A DNA stretch of 63,072 nt, filler included, from Octopus bimaculoides (taxonomy: Eukaryota), in assembly GCF_001194135.2 (NCBI RefSeq). It is 8 parts of 8 records of this genome, joined end to end, with 100 filler letters (N's around TTAATTAATTAA, not from the genome) between each part and the next. Parts side by side here need not be neighbours in the genome. Positions count along the whole stretch, not along the records: positions 1 to 10,971 come from NC_069005.1; positions 11,072 to 15,960 come from NC_068981.1; 6 more parts are not named here. One strand, written 5' to 3'. The position numbers and the translations under genes are program-made. Under the pieces are notes generated by a model. It did no database searches. It was not told the DNA's origin and saw nothing but the letters and a program-made list of their open reading frames with translations. The number at the start of each line of letters is the position of its first letter. Within the stretch, counting starts at the first letter, position 1. Positions 1 to 12,516 of this stretch are shown piece after piece.

Positions 1-39
<39 letters not shown>

Positions 40-200
40 CACACACACAAAGAATATGTTTGCCTCTCCCTCTCACTCAATCTCTCTTCATATATCTTTA
101 TATATTATACACACGTACATATATAATCATATATACATGTTTATATATAAAGTTACACACATACACACACAAACACGCACACATATATATTTATTCATGT
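1..200. repeat. (TA)n/(CA)n compound microsatellite
   Basis: Direct dinucleotide runs. Similar (TA)n/(TG)n tracts flank most N gaps in the window. Confidence 0.95.
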
Positions 201-1249
201 ATGTCTTACTTGGTGGCTGATTAACTTTATGTTTATCAATTCCATGTTTTCATTACGCTTAGCCTGTGATAATCCTAATAATAACCAAATTTCACTTATT
301 TTGTAAGCATTGCGTGTGTCGAACTTTCACGCACACAGACGCAGTCCCACATTCACGTATACATATATAGACATAAATATTGACATACACACATGGAAAA
401 TGAGTATGAGGAATAATTTACAGCTAGACGCTTTTATTGCTACTATGATGCAGAAAGCTGTTTATTATTTAGTAAGAGTTATCTAATATTTACTGAATGA
501 AAACAATTATCAATATCTCTACTGTCTAGAAAATTCTTATAAATTCCAATTTTATATATAGCCTTTATGAAAATATGGTTTTCAATGTTGTTTTGTGCTA
601 AACGACAAATGTTACTTCACTGCAAGCGTCTTTTACAATCTCAAAATCCAACATAGCAAATTTAACGGTTTACTTATTGCTTTATATATCGCTTTCCATC
701 TCTTCATTGTTTATATATTTCCGATTGTATATTCCGTTGCTGAAACTTCCATTGTTCCTGGTATCTTAGCTCATATCATGAAGGGGTAGAAAAAAGAGAA
801 TTATTACATCTCTAGTTGTGTGTTTATATATTCTTTTAATAGTTATTGATAATGAAACATAGGAATGTTTGTATGAATGGAAAAGAAATAAGTTAAACAA
901 TCATCAACAGTAAGTATTTTAATATGATTCTTTTTTTTTTTTTCATTACCTCCTCTAACAATTTNNNNNNNNNNAAACAATCATCAACAGTAAGTATTTT
1001 AATATGATTCTTTTTTTTTTTTCATTACCTCCTCTAACAATTTTATGATGCCGTTAAAAAAATTCGCTTTGAACATCGGAGTTTCCGTGTCTGCAATATT
1101 TTAAAAACGAAAATATTTTTTAATAACAAACTAGCGATCGAAATTTGTTTCAATAAACAATATACATTCCTGAACGTACACTTCAGAAGAAAACGAAATA
1201 TACTCCTATACAAAACAAATATTATTCATACACAATTATTATACAAAAA

Positions 1250-1380
1250 TAGGCTGTTTGGTGAGTTGTTTACTCTCCAGCGACGTAGGTTCGGGTTCAG
1301 TCCCACACCAAGTGTCTTCTGCAATAGCACGGAGTTGACCAAAGCGATGCAGTTGGTTTTGGAAGAGGGAAACTGAAAGA
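1250..1380 (+). mobile_element. tRNA-derived SINE family A, degenerate 5' part
   Basis: Matches the copy at 60862-61030: B-box-like ggttcgggttcagtccc, caagtgtcttct, gaccaaagc, ggaaactgaaaga. Confidence 0.75.
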
Positions 1381-1694
1381 AAACACACACAGACACACAC
1401 ATTTAAACAGATACATACAGACTCACATACATTCACACATACACACAGACACACACACACAAACACACAGATTCATACAGACACGCACACATTCACACAG
1501 AATGTGACGAATATTTGGGGAAACATTTTATGGAGTAATCAGAAATCATAAGAGATACGATTGACTCGATTTCAAGTTACCCCAGGGTAATATGAAACCG
1601 TTGAAACAATATTATATAATAATGAGACCCAAATATGTGGTTTCGCATATTACTTTATAATTAACAAATATTTTTAGTTATTCTTTCACTTTTT

Positions 1695-2000
1695 CACGTA
1701 TTTCAGTCATTTCACTGCAGCCTTGCTGGAGCACCATCTTAAAGGGATTTATTCAAAGAAATCGACCCCAGGACTTATTCTTTCTACGCCTAGTACTTAT
1801 TCTATCGGTTACATTTGTCAAACTATTAAATTACGGAGACATAAACACACCAACATCGGACTTCTTTTATTGTTTTCTCTATTAAATCCACTAACTAGAC
1901 TTTAGTCTACTCGAAGTTACTGCAGAAGACGAAGTGACACGCTGTAGGATTGAACGAGGAACCATGTGGCTGGGAATCAAACGTCTTACCATATAAACGC
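1695..2000 (-). mobile_element. SINE family A, reverse copy (3' tail 1695-1865, decayed head 1925-2000)
   Basis: tttcagtcattt..gctggagcacc..aatcgaccccaggacttattct..cctagtacttattctatcgg matches 62820-62940. Confidence 0.8.
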
Positions 2001-2095
2001 GATTGCGTTTCTGTAATTATTTCAAATACAATCCACTATAAACGATTCCAGCCGGACGGAAGTGCAGACGTGTAGTGTATGCTTTCCTCTTCAAG

Positions 2096-2121
2096 AATAT
2101 GAAAAATAAGCCAAGAGGCAA
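2096..2121 (+). CDS. candidate 26-nt micro-exon (NMKNKPRG)
   Basis: tatgctttcctcttcaag|...|gtaagt. One frame is open; no recognisable homology. Confidence 0.25.
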
Positions 2122-2456
2122 GTAAGTTCCAGCCAAGCGTTTATTCATTAATTACTCCCTGTTTTCCCCGGCATCGAAGGAGATGCGGCATCACAATGAA
2201 AACTGTACAGCTTAGTGAGAGTTACAATTATCTTTGACGATATGAGACTATCAAGTATAATGGATGTATTAATGCCAAGTCAGCAAATATTAGAATACAC
2301 TGAATGAGTAAAACTATATAATTATCTTATTTATCTGTATAACAGAAACCATGACACGTACACTTGACGTTAAAGAAATGAATATAAAATATGCATGATT
2401 GTTTCATGTGAATGCAACTGTGTAAAATTAATGGGCATTTAACCGAACATTAAAAT

Positions 2457-2640
2457 TCATTTGATGATTTCAATCTTCAGCTCTTTGTACTTGGTCAGTT
2501 TATCTTTGATTTTCGTGGAAGTCTCCTTCAGAAGTTATAACAAGGTCGATAAGTATATACTTCTAGTCCTTTCTGTCCTGAAAAAGGATGTCAGATTTGT
2601 TGGCCTTTAACTCTCCGCCAATATAGATGAAAATATACCA
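2457..2640 (-). mobile_element. R4/Dong-clade non-LTR retrotransposon relic, restriction-like endonuclease domain
   Basis: Translates WYIFIYIGGELKANKSDILFQDRKD*KYILIDLVITSEGD / KDKLTKYKELKIEI. This fits the RLE pattern W..F.....I.ANRPDI......C.LID..........EK..KY..L..EI. Contains a stop and a frameshift. Confidence 0.75.
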
Positions 2641-2734
2641 GTGCAAAGTGACATCATTTGTGTTAGCGACTATATTTAGCTGATGTTCATGTCGTTTCTT
2701 AGTTGTGTTGATCTAACAATTATTATATATACCC

Positions 2735-2932
2735 GACAGCCTTCATGAGGTGTCTTGGGGAAATTTCGAAATTGGGTTCTCATTCCTGAGATATTTTTCG
2801 ATATTGCTGTTCTTTTTCTTCTTCTTCTTTTTCTTCTTCTTCTTCTTCTTCTTCTTCTTTTTCTTCTTCTTCTTCTTCTTCTTCTTCTTCTTCTTCTTCT
2901 TCTTCTTCTTCTTCTTCTTCTTCTTCTTCTTC
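2735..2932 (-). mobile_element. partial copy of hammerhead-bearing family F plus (TCT)n
   Basis: cagccttcatgaggtgtcttggggaaatttcgaa..tgggttctcattcct..tatttttcgatattgctgtt matches 25555-25628. Confidence 0.8.
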
Positions 2933-4194
2933 NNNNNNNNNNNNNNNNNNNNNNNNNNNNNNNNNNNNNNNNNNNNNNNNNNNNNNNNNNNNNNNNNNNN
3001 NNNNNNNNNNNNNNNNNNNNNNNNNNNNNNNNNNNNNNNNNNNNNNNNNNNNNNNNNNNNNNNNNNNNNNNNNNNNNNNNNNNNNNNNNNNNNNNNNNNN
3101 NNNNNNNNNNNNNNNNNNNNNNNNNNNNNNNNNNNNNNNNNNNNNNNNNNNNNNNNNNNNNNNNNNNNNNNNNNNNNNNNNNNNNNNNNNNNNNNNNNNN
3201 NNNNNNNNNNNNNNNNNNNNNNNNNNNNNNNNNNNNNNNNNNNNNNNNNNNNNNNNNNNNNNNNNNNNNNNNNNNNNNNNNNNNNNNNNNNNNNNNNNNN
3301 NNNNNNNNNNNNNNNNNNNNNNNNNNNNNNNNNNNNNNNNNNNNNNNNNNNNNNNNNNNNNNNNNNNNNNNNNNNNNNNNNNNNNNNNNNNNNNNNNNNN
3401 NNNNNNNNNNNNNNNNNNNNNNNNNNNNNNNNNNNNNNNNNNNNNNNNNNNNNNNNNNNNNNNNNNNNNNNNNNNNNNNNNNNNNNNNNNNNNNNNNNNN
3501 NNNNNNNNNNNNNNNNNNNNNNNNNNNNNNNNNNNNNNNNNNNNNNNNNNNNNNNNNNNNNNNNNNNNNNNNNNNNNNNNNNNNNNNNNNNNNNNNNNNN
3601 NNNNNNNNNNNNNNNNNNNNNNNNNNNNNNNNNNNNNNNNNNNNNNNNNNNNNNNNNNNNNNNNNNNNNNNNNNNNNNNNNNNNNNNNNNNNNNNNNNNN
3701 NNNNNNNNNNNNNNNNNNNNNNNNNNNNNNNNNNNNNNNNNNNNNNNNNNNNNNNNNNNNNNNNNNNNNNNNNNNNNNNNNNNNNNNNNNNNNNNNNNNN
3801 NNNNNNNNNNNNNNNNNNNNNTGTACATAATAAACGAGGACGAGTAGATTAGAGATATCTAAATATATACTGCGGCACTGGAGTCGAAACATGCACTAGC
3901 TATGTTGCTGTTGTTGTTGCTGGTGATGCTTGGTGTCAAGGCTGTAGTTTTCGCTGGTGTTGTTGTTGCTGGTGGTAAGGTAGTGTTGTTGTTTCTTTTA
4001 ATCTTCTGCTTTCTTTCCTGCTACCCCATTCGCCTTCTGTTTCCACTTCTTCTTCGTCTTCTTCTTCTTCTTCTCGTTCTCCTCTATCACTACCACCACC
4101 ACCACCAGTTGCTTTTCACCACATATAAACGAAAGGTTGGGTGTAGTCTTTGGTAAGCTGGTTTTCATGCAGTACTAGTAGAACGAGAAAGGAA

Positions 4195-4282
4195 GTAATT
4201 TACTACAGAATGCCGGTTCGGGAATCGAACCAACGGTCTGGCAATCGTGTGTGCAACACCCTAACCACTGGGCCATGTGCTA
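4195..4282 (-). mobile_element. tRNA-like SINE head
   Basis: Reverse strand reads gcacatggcccagtggttagggtg...ggttcgattcccgaaccgg (A and B boxes). No complete cloverleaf. Confidence 0.65.
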
Positions 4283-5612
4283 TCGCGATGACTTCTTCTA
4301 AGTTATCTTAATGACTTTTCTTTTAGTTGTTTCATTCAGGTTTAAGCAACCTACCGTGTGTTTCTTGATAGTTTTTAATATGTGTATCGGGAAAAATTTA
4401 ATAACTCTATAAAAGGATTTTCCCGGACGAAACCCTACACGTATTGCTTTTCAAATTACACGCGTACGTTATGTTGCATCGAAAACTTTTCTTTTTTTCT
4501 TTTTGTATTATAGCATTATTTCTGTTCCATAAGTGGACTTTTAATCTGCGTCTGCGTCTCCTTTGCAAAACACTGTATACTTGAGACCTGCTCCTTCATT
4601 CTCGGTATGGCAGTGACAAAAGTATATATCACAGTCAAGCTGAAACGAAAGGTGGAACACGTATCTGTCGCTCTCTCGCCCCCACTTCGTCGGCGATTTC
4701 GCTTCAGATATTTCTGAAATATATTGTAATTTTCTTATATAAGCTGTCAATAAAAAATGTTTTTTTACGGAACGAAAAGTGAAGCTTCTGGCTTTCAGCG
4801 ACGCACAAATGTTAAATACATTATATTGATAAATTTATAGTGACGTACATACATACATATATATGCATATACATACATATATACATGCACACATACATAC
4901 ATACATGCATACATACATATATATATAAATATATATATGTATGTATATATAAATGTATATATANNNNNNNNNNNNNNNNNNNNNNNNNNNNNNNNNNNNN
5001 NNNNNNNNNNNNNNNNNNNNNNNNNNNNNNNNNNNNNNNNNNNNNNNNNNNNNNNNNNNNNNNAAAAAAAACCCTGGCAGACTCGTCTTCTTCTGTACTC
5101 CACAGACGTGCTGTGTCCCCTCACTGCCTTTTCTACCGTTATTGTATTTGCTTTTAGTCAGAACTAACTGAGCTTATGTCACTACTATTCGCACATTCCA
5201 AACCATTTTGTTTTTCCTCCTCCTCCTTCTCTAGTTAAGTATCTGCCTTCAGCCTCCGCACCATTCACTACGCACGCGTCTCGCCGAAGCCTCAGCCCTC
5301 TGGAACCTTCTTGCTGCTCCTGTATTTTACGCAAAATTTTGACTCATTATAGGTTCAACTCGAAACTCAATTGCATCCAGTCAGTCCAGTCCAGCAGGGG
5401 CAGCGATGACAGTGGGCCCCAAATCAATGCTTCTGTCTTCCCGACACATACATCTTTGAAGCAATTTTCGGATCCAAACAGCGCTACTCTATTTCACAGC
5501 ACTGCACCACCGAAAACCAGTCAGAATATAGAGAGAAANNNNNNNNNNNNNNNNNNNNNNNNNNNNNNNNNNNNNNNNNNNNNNNNNNNNNNNNNNNNNN
5601 NNNNNNNNNNNN

Positions 5613-5685
<73 letters not shown>

Positions 5686-6069
5686 CAGTACAGTTATATC
5701 TCTATATAATATGGTGGAATTTCAAGTTAGATATAAAAACTTTGTGTATTGTACAAAGATAAGATATGAATAATTTTGAGTTAAATAAAATTTCGACTTG
5801 AAGAGAAAAACTACGCACAATATGTTTGTAAGGAATATGATTTAAAAAATGACAGAGAGGAGTTAAGGCAAGAGATTAAGGCAGAGCAGATAAGCTAGTT
5901 AAAAGAAATATTGATAGCGACTCTATAATTTAGTGGTAAGTATCTAAAAAAAAAAGAAAAAAAAAGAACTGCTCTCCGAACGAGGCAGGAAAGGGATTAA
6001 GAGATAACAGAGGAAACAGGGAAGATACAAAGAGAAAGAAACATTTAAAATAAACATTAGAGAGATTAA

Positions 6070-6081
6070 TGTTATTATTAA

Positions 6082-6127
<46 letters not shown>
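6070..6127. repeat. (TAT)n microsatellite
   Basis: Direct repeat. Confidence 0.95.
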
Positions 6128-6133
6128 GCGAAG

Positions 6134-6345
6134 GCGGCGATCTGGCACAATCGTTAGCACGTCAGACGAAATGCTTAGCGGCATATCGTCTATCATTTTT
6201 TCTCAGTTCGAATTCCGCCGAGGTCGACTTTGCCTTTCAAGGTCGAGCGATTAAGTACCAGTTACGCACTGGGGTCATTGTAATCGACTGGGCCCCTCCT
6301 TTAGAATTTTGGGTCTTGTGCCTATAGTAGAAAAGCTTATTTAAG
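6134..6345 (+). mobile_element. SINE family D
   Basis: ggcggcga.ctggca.aatcgttagcacg...ttcgaattccgccgaggtcgactttgccttt...aagtaccag...ctggggtc. Many similar copies in the window. Confidence 0.9.
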
Positions 6346-6404
6346 GCGGAGAGCTGGCAGAGTCGTTACTACGATTCATTAACCATTGGAACACTATTTG
6401 AAGG

Positions 6405-6680
6405 AGCTGACAACAGAGGTAAAGCTCCCTACGGTCGCAAATAAAGCCATATCTCCAATGGTTTCAAACTATCAGTAGCTCTTACCTCACCTAGGGTTCA
6501 GCTCAACTCACCTCGTCAAATTATAAGCAAAAATGTTGAAAACATGTGCTGATATCAAATGTGGTGAAAGCGAAATCTATAAATAATATGGGTATGTTAT
6601 TAGCATCCTCTGCATCAAAATTCGAAATCACCGGTGATATGGCTGTGTTACCTTTGGGAGCTTTGTCTCCTTCGACAGCT
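6405..6680. mobile_element. MITE-like fold-back with degenerate ~65-bp inverted arms
   Basis: agctg..aaagctccc...gccatatc (6405-6470) mirrors gatatggc...gggagcttt..cagct (6618-6680). Confidence 0.55.
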
Positions 6681-7427
6681 TTTTAAGACAGTGCTCTTGT
6701 GGCCAATGAATCAGTTTGACTCTTATTTCTTGCAATGCAGGTACCACTTTGTAGCCACTGTTACATTAATGACATCTAAAATTTGCCGTTGTAAACTTAA
6801 TAACAAGCCACCCATATTATATATATGTATATATATATATATNNNNNNNNNNNNNNNNNNNNNNNNNNNNNNNNNNNNNNNNNNNNNNNNNNNNNNNNNN
6901 NNNNNNNNNNNNNNNNNNNNNNNNNNNNNNNNNNNNNNNNNNNNNNNNNNNNNNNNNNNNNNNNNNNNNNNNNNNNNNNNNNNNNNNNNNNNNNNNNNNN
7001 NNNNNNNNNNNNNNNNNNNNNNNNNNNNNNNNNNNNNNNNNNNNNNNNNNNNNNNNNNNNNNNNNNNNNNNNNNNNNNNNNNNNNNNNNNNNNNNNNNNN
7101 NNNNNNNNNNNNNNNNNNNNNNNNNNNNNNNNNNNNNNNNNNNNNNNNNNNNNNNNNNNNNNNNNNNNNNNNNNNNNNNNNNNNNNNNNNNNNNNNNNNN
7201 NNNNNNNNNNNNNNNNNNNNNNNNNNNNNNNNNNNNNNNNNNNNNNNNNNNNNNNNNNNNNNNNNNNNNNNNNNNNNNNNNNNNNNNNNNNNNNNNNNNN
7301 NNNNNNNNNNNNNNNNNNNNNNNNNNNNNNATCGACACTGCTACTAGTAACACTACTACCGTATATATGTGTGTGTGTGTATGTATGTATGTATATATAT
7401 ATATTATACATTTACACATGAACAAGT

Positions 7428-7880
7428 GGAGGCGCAATAGCGCAGTGGTTAGGGCAGGGGCCTCGCGGTCATAGGATCGCGGTTTCGATTCCCAGACCGC
7501 GTGTTGTGAGTGTTTATTGAGCGAAAACTCATAAAAGCTCCTCGAGGCTCCGGCAGGGGATGGTAGTGAACCCTGCTCTACTATTTCACCACAAATTTCA
7601 CTCACTCTTACTTCCTGTTTCTGTTGTGCCTGTAATTCACAGGGTCAGCCTTATCACACTGTGTGACGCTGAACATTCCCGAGAACTACGTTAAAGGTAC
7701 ACGTGTCTGTGGAGTGCTCAGCCACTTGCACGTTAATTTTTCACGAGCAGGCTGTCCCGTTGATCNNNNNNNNNNCTCAGCCACTTGCACGTTAATTTTT
7801 CACGAGCAGGCTGTCCCGTTGATCGGATCAACTGGAACACTCGACGTCGTAAGCGACGGAGTGCCAGCAACAATAACAAC
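7428..7880 (+). mobile_element. tRNA-derived SINE family C, near full length
   Basis: A box ggcgcaatagcgcagtggttaggg and B box ggtttcgattccc. Body and (CAA)n-like tail are shared with 38213-38492 and 59766-60083. Confidence 0.92.
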
Positions 7881-7962
7881 ACATGCACACATAAGAATGT
7901 ATAAATATTTAAATTTATGAATACATAAGTTTATGCAAACACACGCACATAACTATATACAT

Positions 7963-8049
<87 letters not shown>

Positions 8050-8302
8050 NNNNNNNNNNNNNNNNNNNNNNNNNNNNNNNNNNNNNNNNNNNNNNNNNNN
8101 NNNNNNNNNNNNNNNNNNNNNNNNNNNNNNNNNNNNNNNNNNNNNNNNNNNNNNNNNNNNNNNNNNNNNNNNNNNNNNNNNNNNNNNNNNNNNNNNNNNN
8201 NNNNNNNNNNNNNNNNNNNNNNNNNNNNNNNNNNNNNNNNNNNNNNNNNNNNNNNNNNNNNNNNNNNNNNNNNNNNNNNNNNNNNNNNNNNNNNNNNNNN
8301 NN

Positions 8303-8339
<37 letters not shown>

Positions 8340-10105
8340 CATATATATATGCATGTGTGTGTATTGATATTGTGATTGACGCATTAAGTATCTGTAGAAA
8401 ATGACTAATAAAGGGAGTCGTGTACTGAGAGCAGAAAATGATGACGATATATATGAGAAATGAAGTTAATAGCCCGGATATTTGAAAGTACTCGAGCTAT
8501 AATGTAAATGAGAACTACACACATGTAAATCAAATATATATTTTACATCTATGTGACCTTTGCATTAACTTCTCTGTGCTATCATTCCTGTAAATATTCC
8601 ATACTTTAAAGACTCACATTAAGCATGATAACAACGCAAAGCATTTTCCTTTCCCTTCCTGCTCGGATCAAGACATGAAAATACGCATGGCGGAAAGTTC
8701 AATCCAGCTGATCTGTTTTGCACCTTAGAAATATTTTATCGATCAGTGAACATATGATGGAATTCCCTTTTCTGACATCGACTGATGCGAAATAAAAACG
8801 GTAGATTTAACTATTCCTGCAACACTCTCGAATGACCCATAAACATAAACATTTGTCGAAGTAAAAGAAAGAAAAGGAAAAACAATTCTGAGACTTGTAT
8901 AATGTTTTATTGCCTTATTCTGGCACTGATGCATTCTAACAATTCCCGCTAAAGTGGATTTATGAGGCTTTGAAAGATAATTCTCTGAGAGAAAATTGTG
9001 TTTAGTGGATAGTATAGCGCTATATATTTACTAATGTATATTTAACTGCCGAGTAATGCCTCCCTTTTAAACCATTTTAACCAGTTTGCTGTGTTCTTCG
9101 TTAATATTCTCTTTGTTTCGTTTTGGCCAGCATAAATCCTTTGAGCATTTTCGAATATTTCCTTACCGAAAGGAAAGAAATGATACTCTGACAATTTTGC
9201 TAAATAAAGCCTAATCTTGCCAACGTTTTACATTTCTAAACTCTCTTCACGAAAGCTTTGTATGTATCATCTTCTCAAAAAGTTATGATTCATTTTATTT
9301 GTCAGGAAATACATAGATTATACCATATAATAGCGTAATGCTATTTCGCACGATGCTATGAAACATTACCATTTTGAAATTCTCTTACGAGTATATAAAA
9401 TGTAGATTTAAAGAATAAACAAAAAGAATGAATGAGTAGTCTAGGGACTGGGCTATAACATTTGTTATTTATGGAATTTAGAAGTATGATTATTCAACTG
9501 CAGTGGGACTTTAGCATGCAAACGAGAAATCCTTAAATATAAAACGTCTCTAACATATTAATGTACAAACTTCGTTTCATTTCTATCCTGAGCATTTCTC
9601 TAATCTTTGAAATACAAAATATGCTATACACTTGGTGTAAAAAACAACACAACAAATACCAGTGCAAATTTTTGGAAACATCAGAAATGTTGTTTATTTT
9701 ATATGAATATATAAAAACTAGCAGATCCAATATCCGGTCTGTCATTGTTTCATCTCTAAAATATGATCAGTTGATTTTACTAAATTTCGGATAAAATACT
9801 TCAGAAAGATGGTGAACATATTCTGGCTGGGTAGTTCTAAGCATTCTTTCAGAAATGTAATTAGCTCATAAGTCTCTCGGAGAAGTTCCATTGCTGCCAA
9901 AATAATGCTCTTTCACGTTTTTGTATTTTTTACAAATATTATACTGACTGCCGTCATACTGGAGCAACGAATTTTAGCCGAGGAACCAGAACTAATATTT
10001 TAAGCAATAGTTGCATATTATCAGTAGATATTTTCTATTCACAAACTGTCTCTGTGATAAGCAACTGAGGTCATGCAACGTAGAACCTGTCAGAAATAAA
10101 CTCAC

Positions 10106-10173
10106 ATCATGTTCCTTTACTAAATTATAAAGGCTACTTCCAACTTTCCTCCAAGTCTTGCATTTCTCATTCA
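10106..10173 (-). CDS. candidate 68-nt internal exon (NEKCKTWRKVGSSLYNLVKEHD)
   Basis: atttcag|TG AAT...CAT GAT|gtgagt. Open in phase 1 to phase 0; no family recognised. Confidence 0.35.
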
Positions 10174-10971
10174 CTGAAATCCATTTCAGAAATATAATAA
10201 GCTTAAATGAAATTACATTAAAATATTCTCCAACCTCTATATTTACACAATAGCGGAGATTTTACAGCCTATTAGTCAAAATGCTAAAAATATCAATAAG
10301 GAGAATGGAGAAAATACTTTATAAATATATAATCAAAATGTTTGTGTATTTTCTATATCACAATTGTAGTAACCATTATCAAGAAGAAATAACGTTGCTG
10401 TTTTCATATATGAGTCATTATATTTCTATTTCCTTTCAAATTCTCTGAACTAATTGTATTTTAGTTATAACCAGCAGGGCGCCCAGTGACTTGAATAAGT
10501 CTGCACCGAATGTTTAAATACGGAGTGAAAATTTGCTAAATAAATATGTAATGATTTAAGTAAAAACTGTTAGCTTTAGTAAACATTGATAATATAATTC
10601 AAACAAGCATGCACCAATAGTTTCTTAAATAATAGAGCTGGAAGCCGAGAAACGAACCAAACCAACCAACGAGGAAATGAGAAGAAAATCAGCAGACATC
10701 TAACCTTATTTGTTGGTGAGTTTGTTGGACGGAGGCAATGAGAATTGATTCGCAAATCTTTTATCAAATCAATTCCGAATCAATGATTAATTCCTTGCTG
10801 TTTTGCAAACTGATACTTCACAAATATGTTTTTGTCAATGTAATCATTTGTAATTTAACCACGAACAGGGAAATTTCCGAAGGAAGCAGTAAGTTGGAAT
10901 CATCGATACCAGTAATAAACGGACCTTCAGTTAATCGACACTATTGTATGTGTGTATATATATATGTATAT

Positions 10972-11071
10972 NNNNNNNNNNNNNNNNNNNNNNNNNNNNN
11001 NNNNNNNNNNNNNNNTTAATTAATTAANNNNNNNNNNNNNNNNNNNNNNNNNNNNNNNNNNNNNNNNNNNN
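10972..11071. other. artificial 100-bp scaffold-joining spacer (44N-TTAATTAATTAA-44N)
   Basis: Identical structure at 15961-16060, 32207-32306, 34517-34616, 39634-39733, 43039-43138 and 50677-50776. The 12-mer has stops in all six frames. Confidence 0.95.
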
Positions 11072-11829
11072 TATATATATATGTAAAAGAAAATAAGAAA
11101 ATAGAGAAAATTAATAGATAATTGTTTTATAGAAAGAACATGGTATTAACCTTACAAAGGAGGCAGAGACAGTATATTTTGAGAATTTATTATAAAAATG
11201 AAAATAATGTAATTATAAAAATATAAGTTATAATATATTATTATATTATGAGTAGTTATTAATATTATAAGCAGTATATTAATCAATTTTATAATTAACC
11301 TATAAATAATTATGAAGAGAAAAAATTAGGGTGAATATATTTCAAATAATTTATAATTATTTAAGTCATTAAGGTGCATATTTATGTGAATAAAATAAAT
11401 ATAATAAATATAAAAAGGGTAATATAATAGGTTAAGATATATTTTTGAGTGCATTATATAAATACTGTATAGCATGTATATGTATAGAGGTGAAATAAAA
11501 ATGCAACAAGAATATAAGATAATATAGGATAGATAAGTAAATAGGCAAATGAGGATTCTGTTATAACGGGAATATAAACATGTTTACAGGCATATGCATA
11601 ATAAATACAAATATAATAAATAGCTACAATAAAAACAAATATAATAAATAACTATAATAAAAACAAGTGCAAAAACTAATACCAAATATACAATGCACAA
11701 TAATTACAACAAAAAGAAAATGAAAATAAAAGATATCACACCTGATAACAGAAACAAGTATAATAATATATAGTAAATATATAATAGCTAAAAATACACC
11801 TATAATTTATGATGACACTAATATATCTA

Positions 11830-12516
11830 ATAATGAAATTTGGCCGATAGTCCCTCTTGCTATGCAAATTAAGAGTAATTTAATAAAATCTATTTTTACG
11901 ATTATTAACAAATATTTCAATAATATTAATAATAATAATAATAATAATAATCCCCTATGCTTAATGCATATTATTTTAATCCACATAACCATAATAATGC
12001 ACCTCACAATAACACAATCTTACTGAATAACACCACTATATCTAATAGCATTCCCTCATGCTTATATTAAATAATAATAATAATGTAACCAATAATTGTG
12101 ACTGCAGGATTAAAAATAACTGCTTACTCCAGAATGCATGCATAAGAAATAGTGTAATATATCAATGCACTGTAACAGCTTCAGGAAATAGATATTCTTA
12201 TATTGGAGCTACGCAAAACGAAATGAAAAAACGCATATCCACGCATCTTTATTCTTATAGGAATAAGCATAAATCTAATTCTACTAGACTAAGTAAATTT
12301 ATCTGGGAGTTAAAGGATAGTAATATACATTACGATTTAAAATGGGAGACATTATCCTCAGCACCTTCTTATCAAGTTAATAATAAGAAATGCTTTTTAT
12401 GTTGAAATGAGAAATTTTTTATTCTCTCTGCAAAATTCCCTCTTCTTAACCTTAGGGATGAGCGCAATAACTTTTGTTTACACATGGGAAATTTGTTTTT
12501 TTCTAAATATAGATAA
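11830..12516 (+). mobile_element. Penelope-like element relic: linker + Cys motif + GIY-YIG endonuclease
   Basis: IWPIVPLAMQIKSNLIKSIFTIINKYF, then CDCRIKNNCLLQNAC..SVIYQCTV....YSYIGAT....KKRISTH....NSTRLSKFIWELK....LKW....CFLC*NEK....LLNLRDE....CLH. One in-frame TGA at 12403-12405. Confidence 0.9.

Noticed and set aside
895-1044. 70-bp direct repeat around a 10-N gap (also 7717-7825)
   Set aside because: Overlapping contig ends written twice; an assembly artefact.
3830-3900. Possible third hammerhead (..gagtcgaaacatgca..)
   Set aside because: No CUGANGA core or convincing stem I could be placed.
7428-7500. Bona fide tRNA genes at the SINE heads
   Set aside because: A and B boxes are present, but acceptor stems are incomplete and each head continues into a shared SINE body.
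11016-11027. TTAATTAATTAA as a recurring regulatory motif or PacI site
   Set aside because: Always centred in 88 N; a synthetic spacer.
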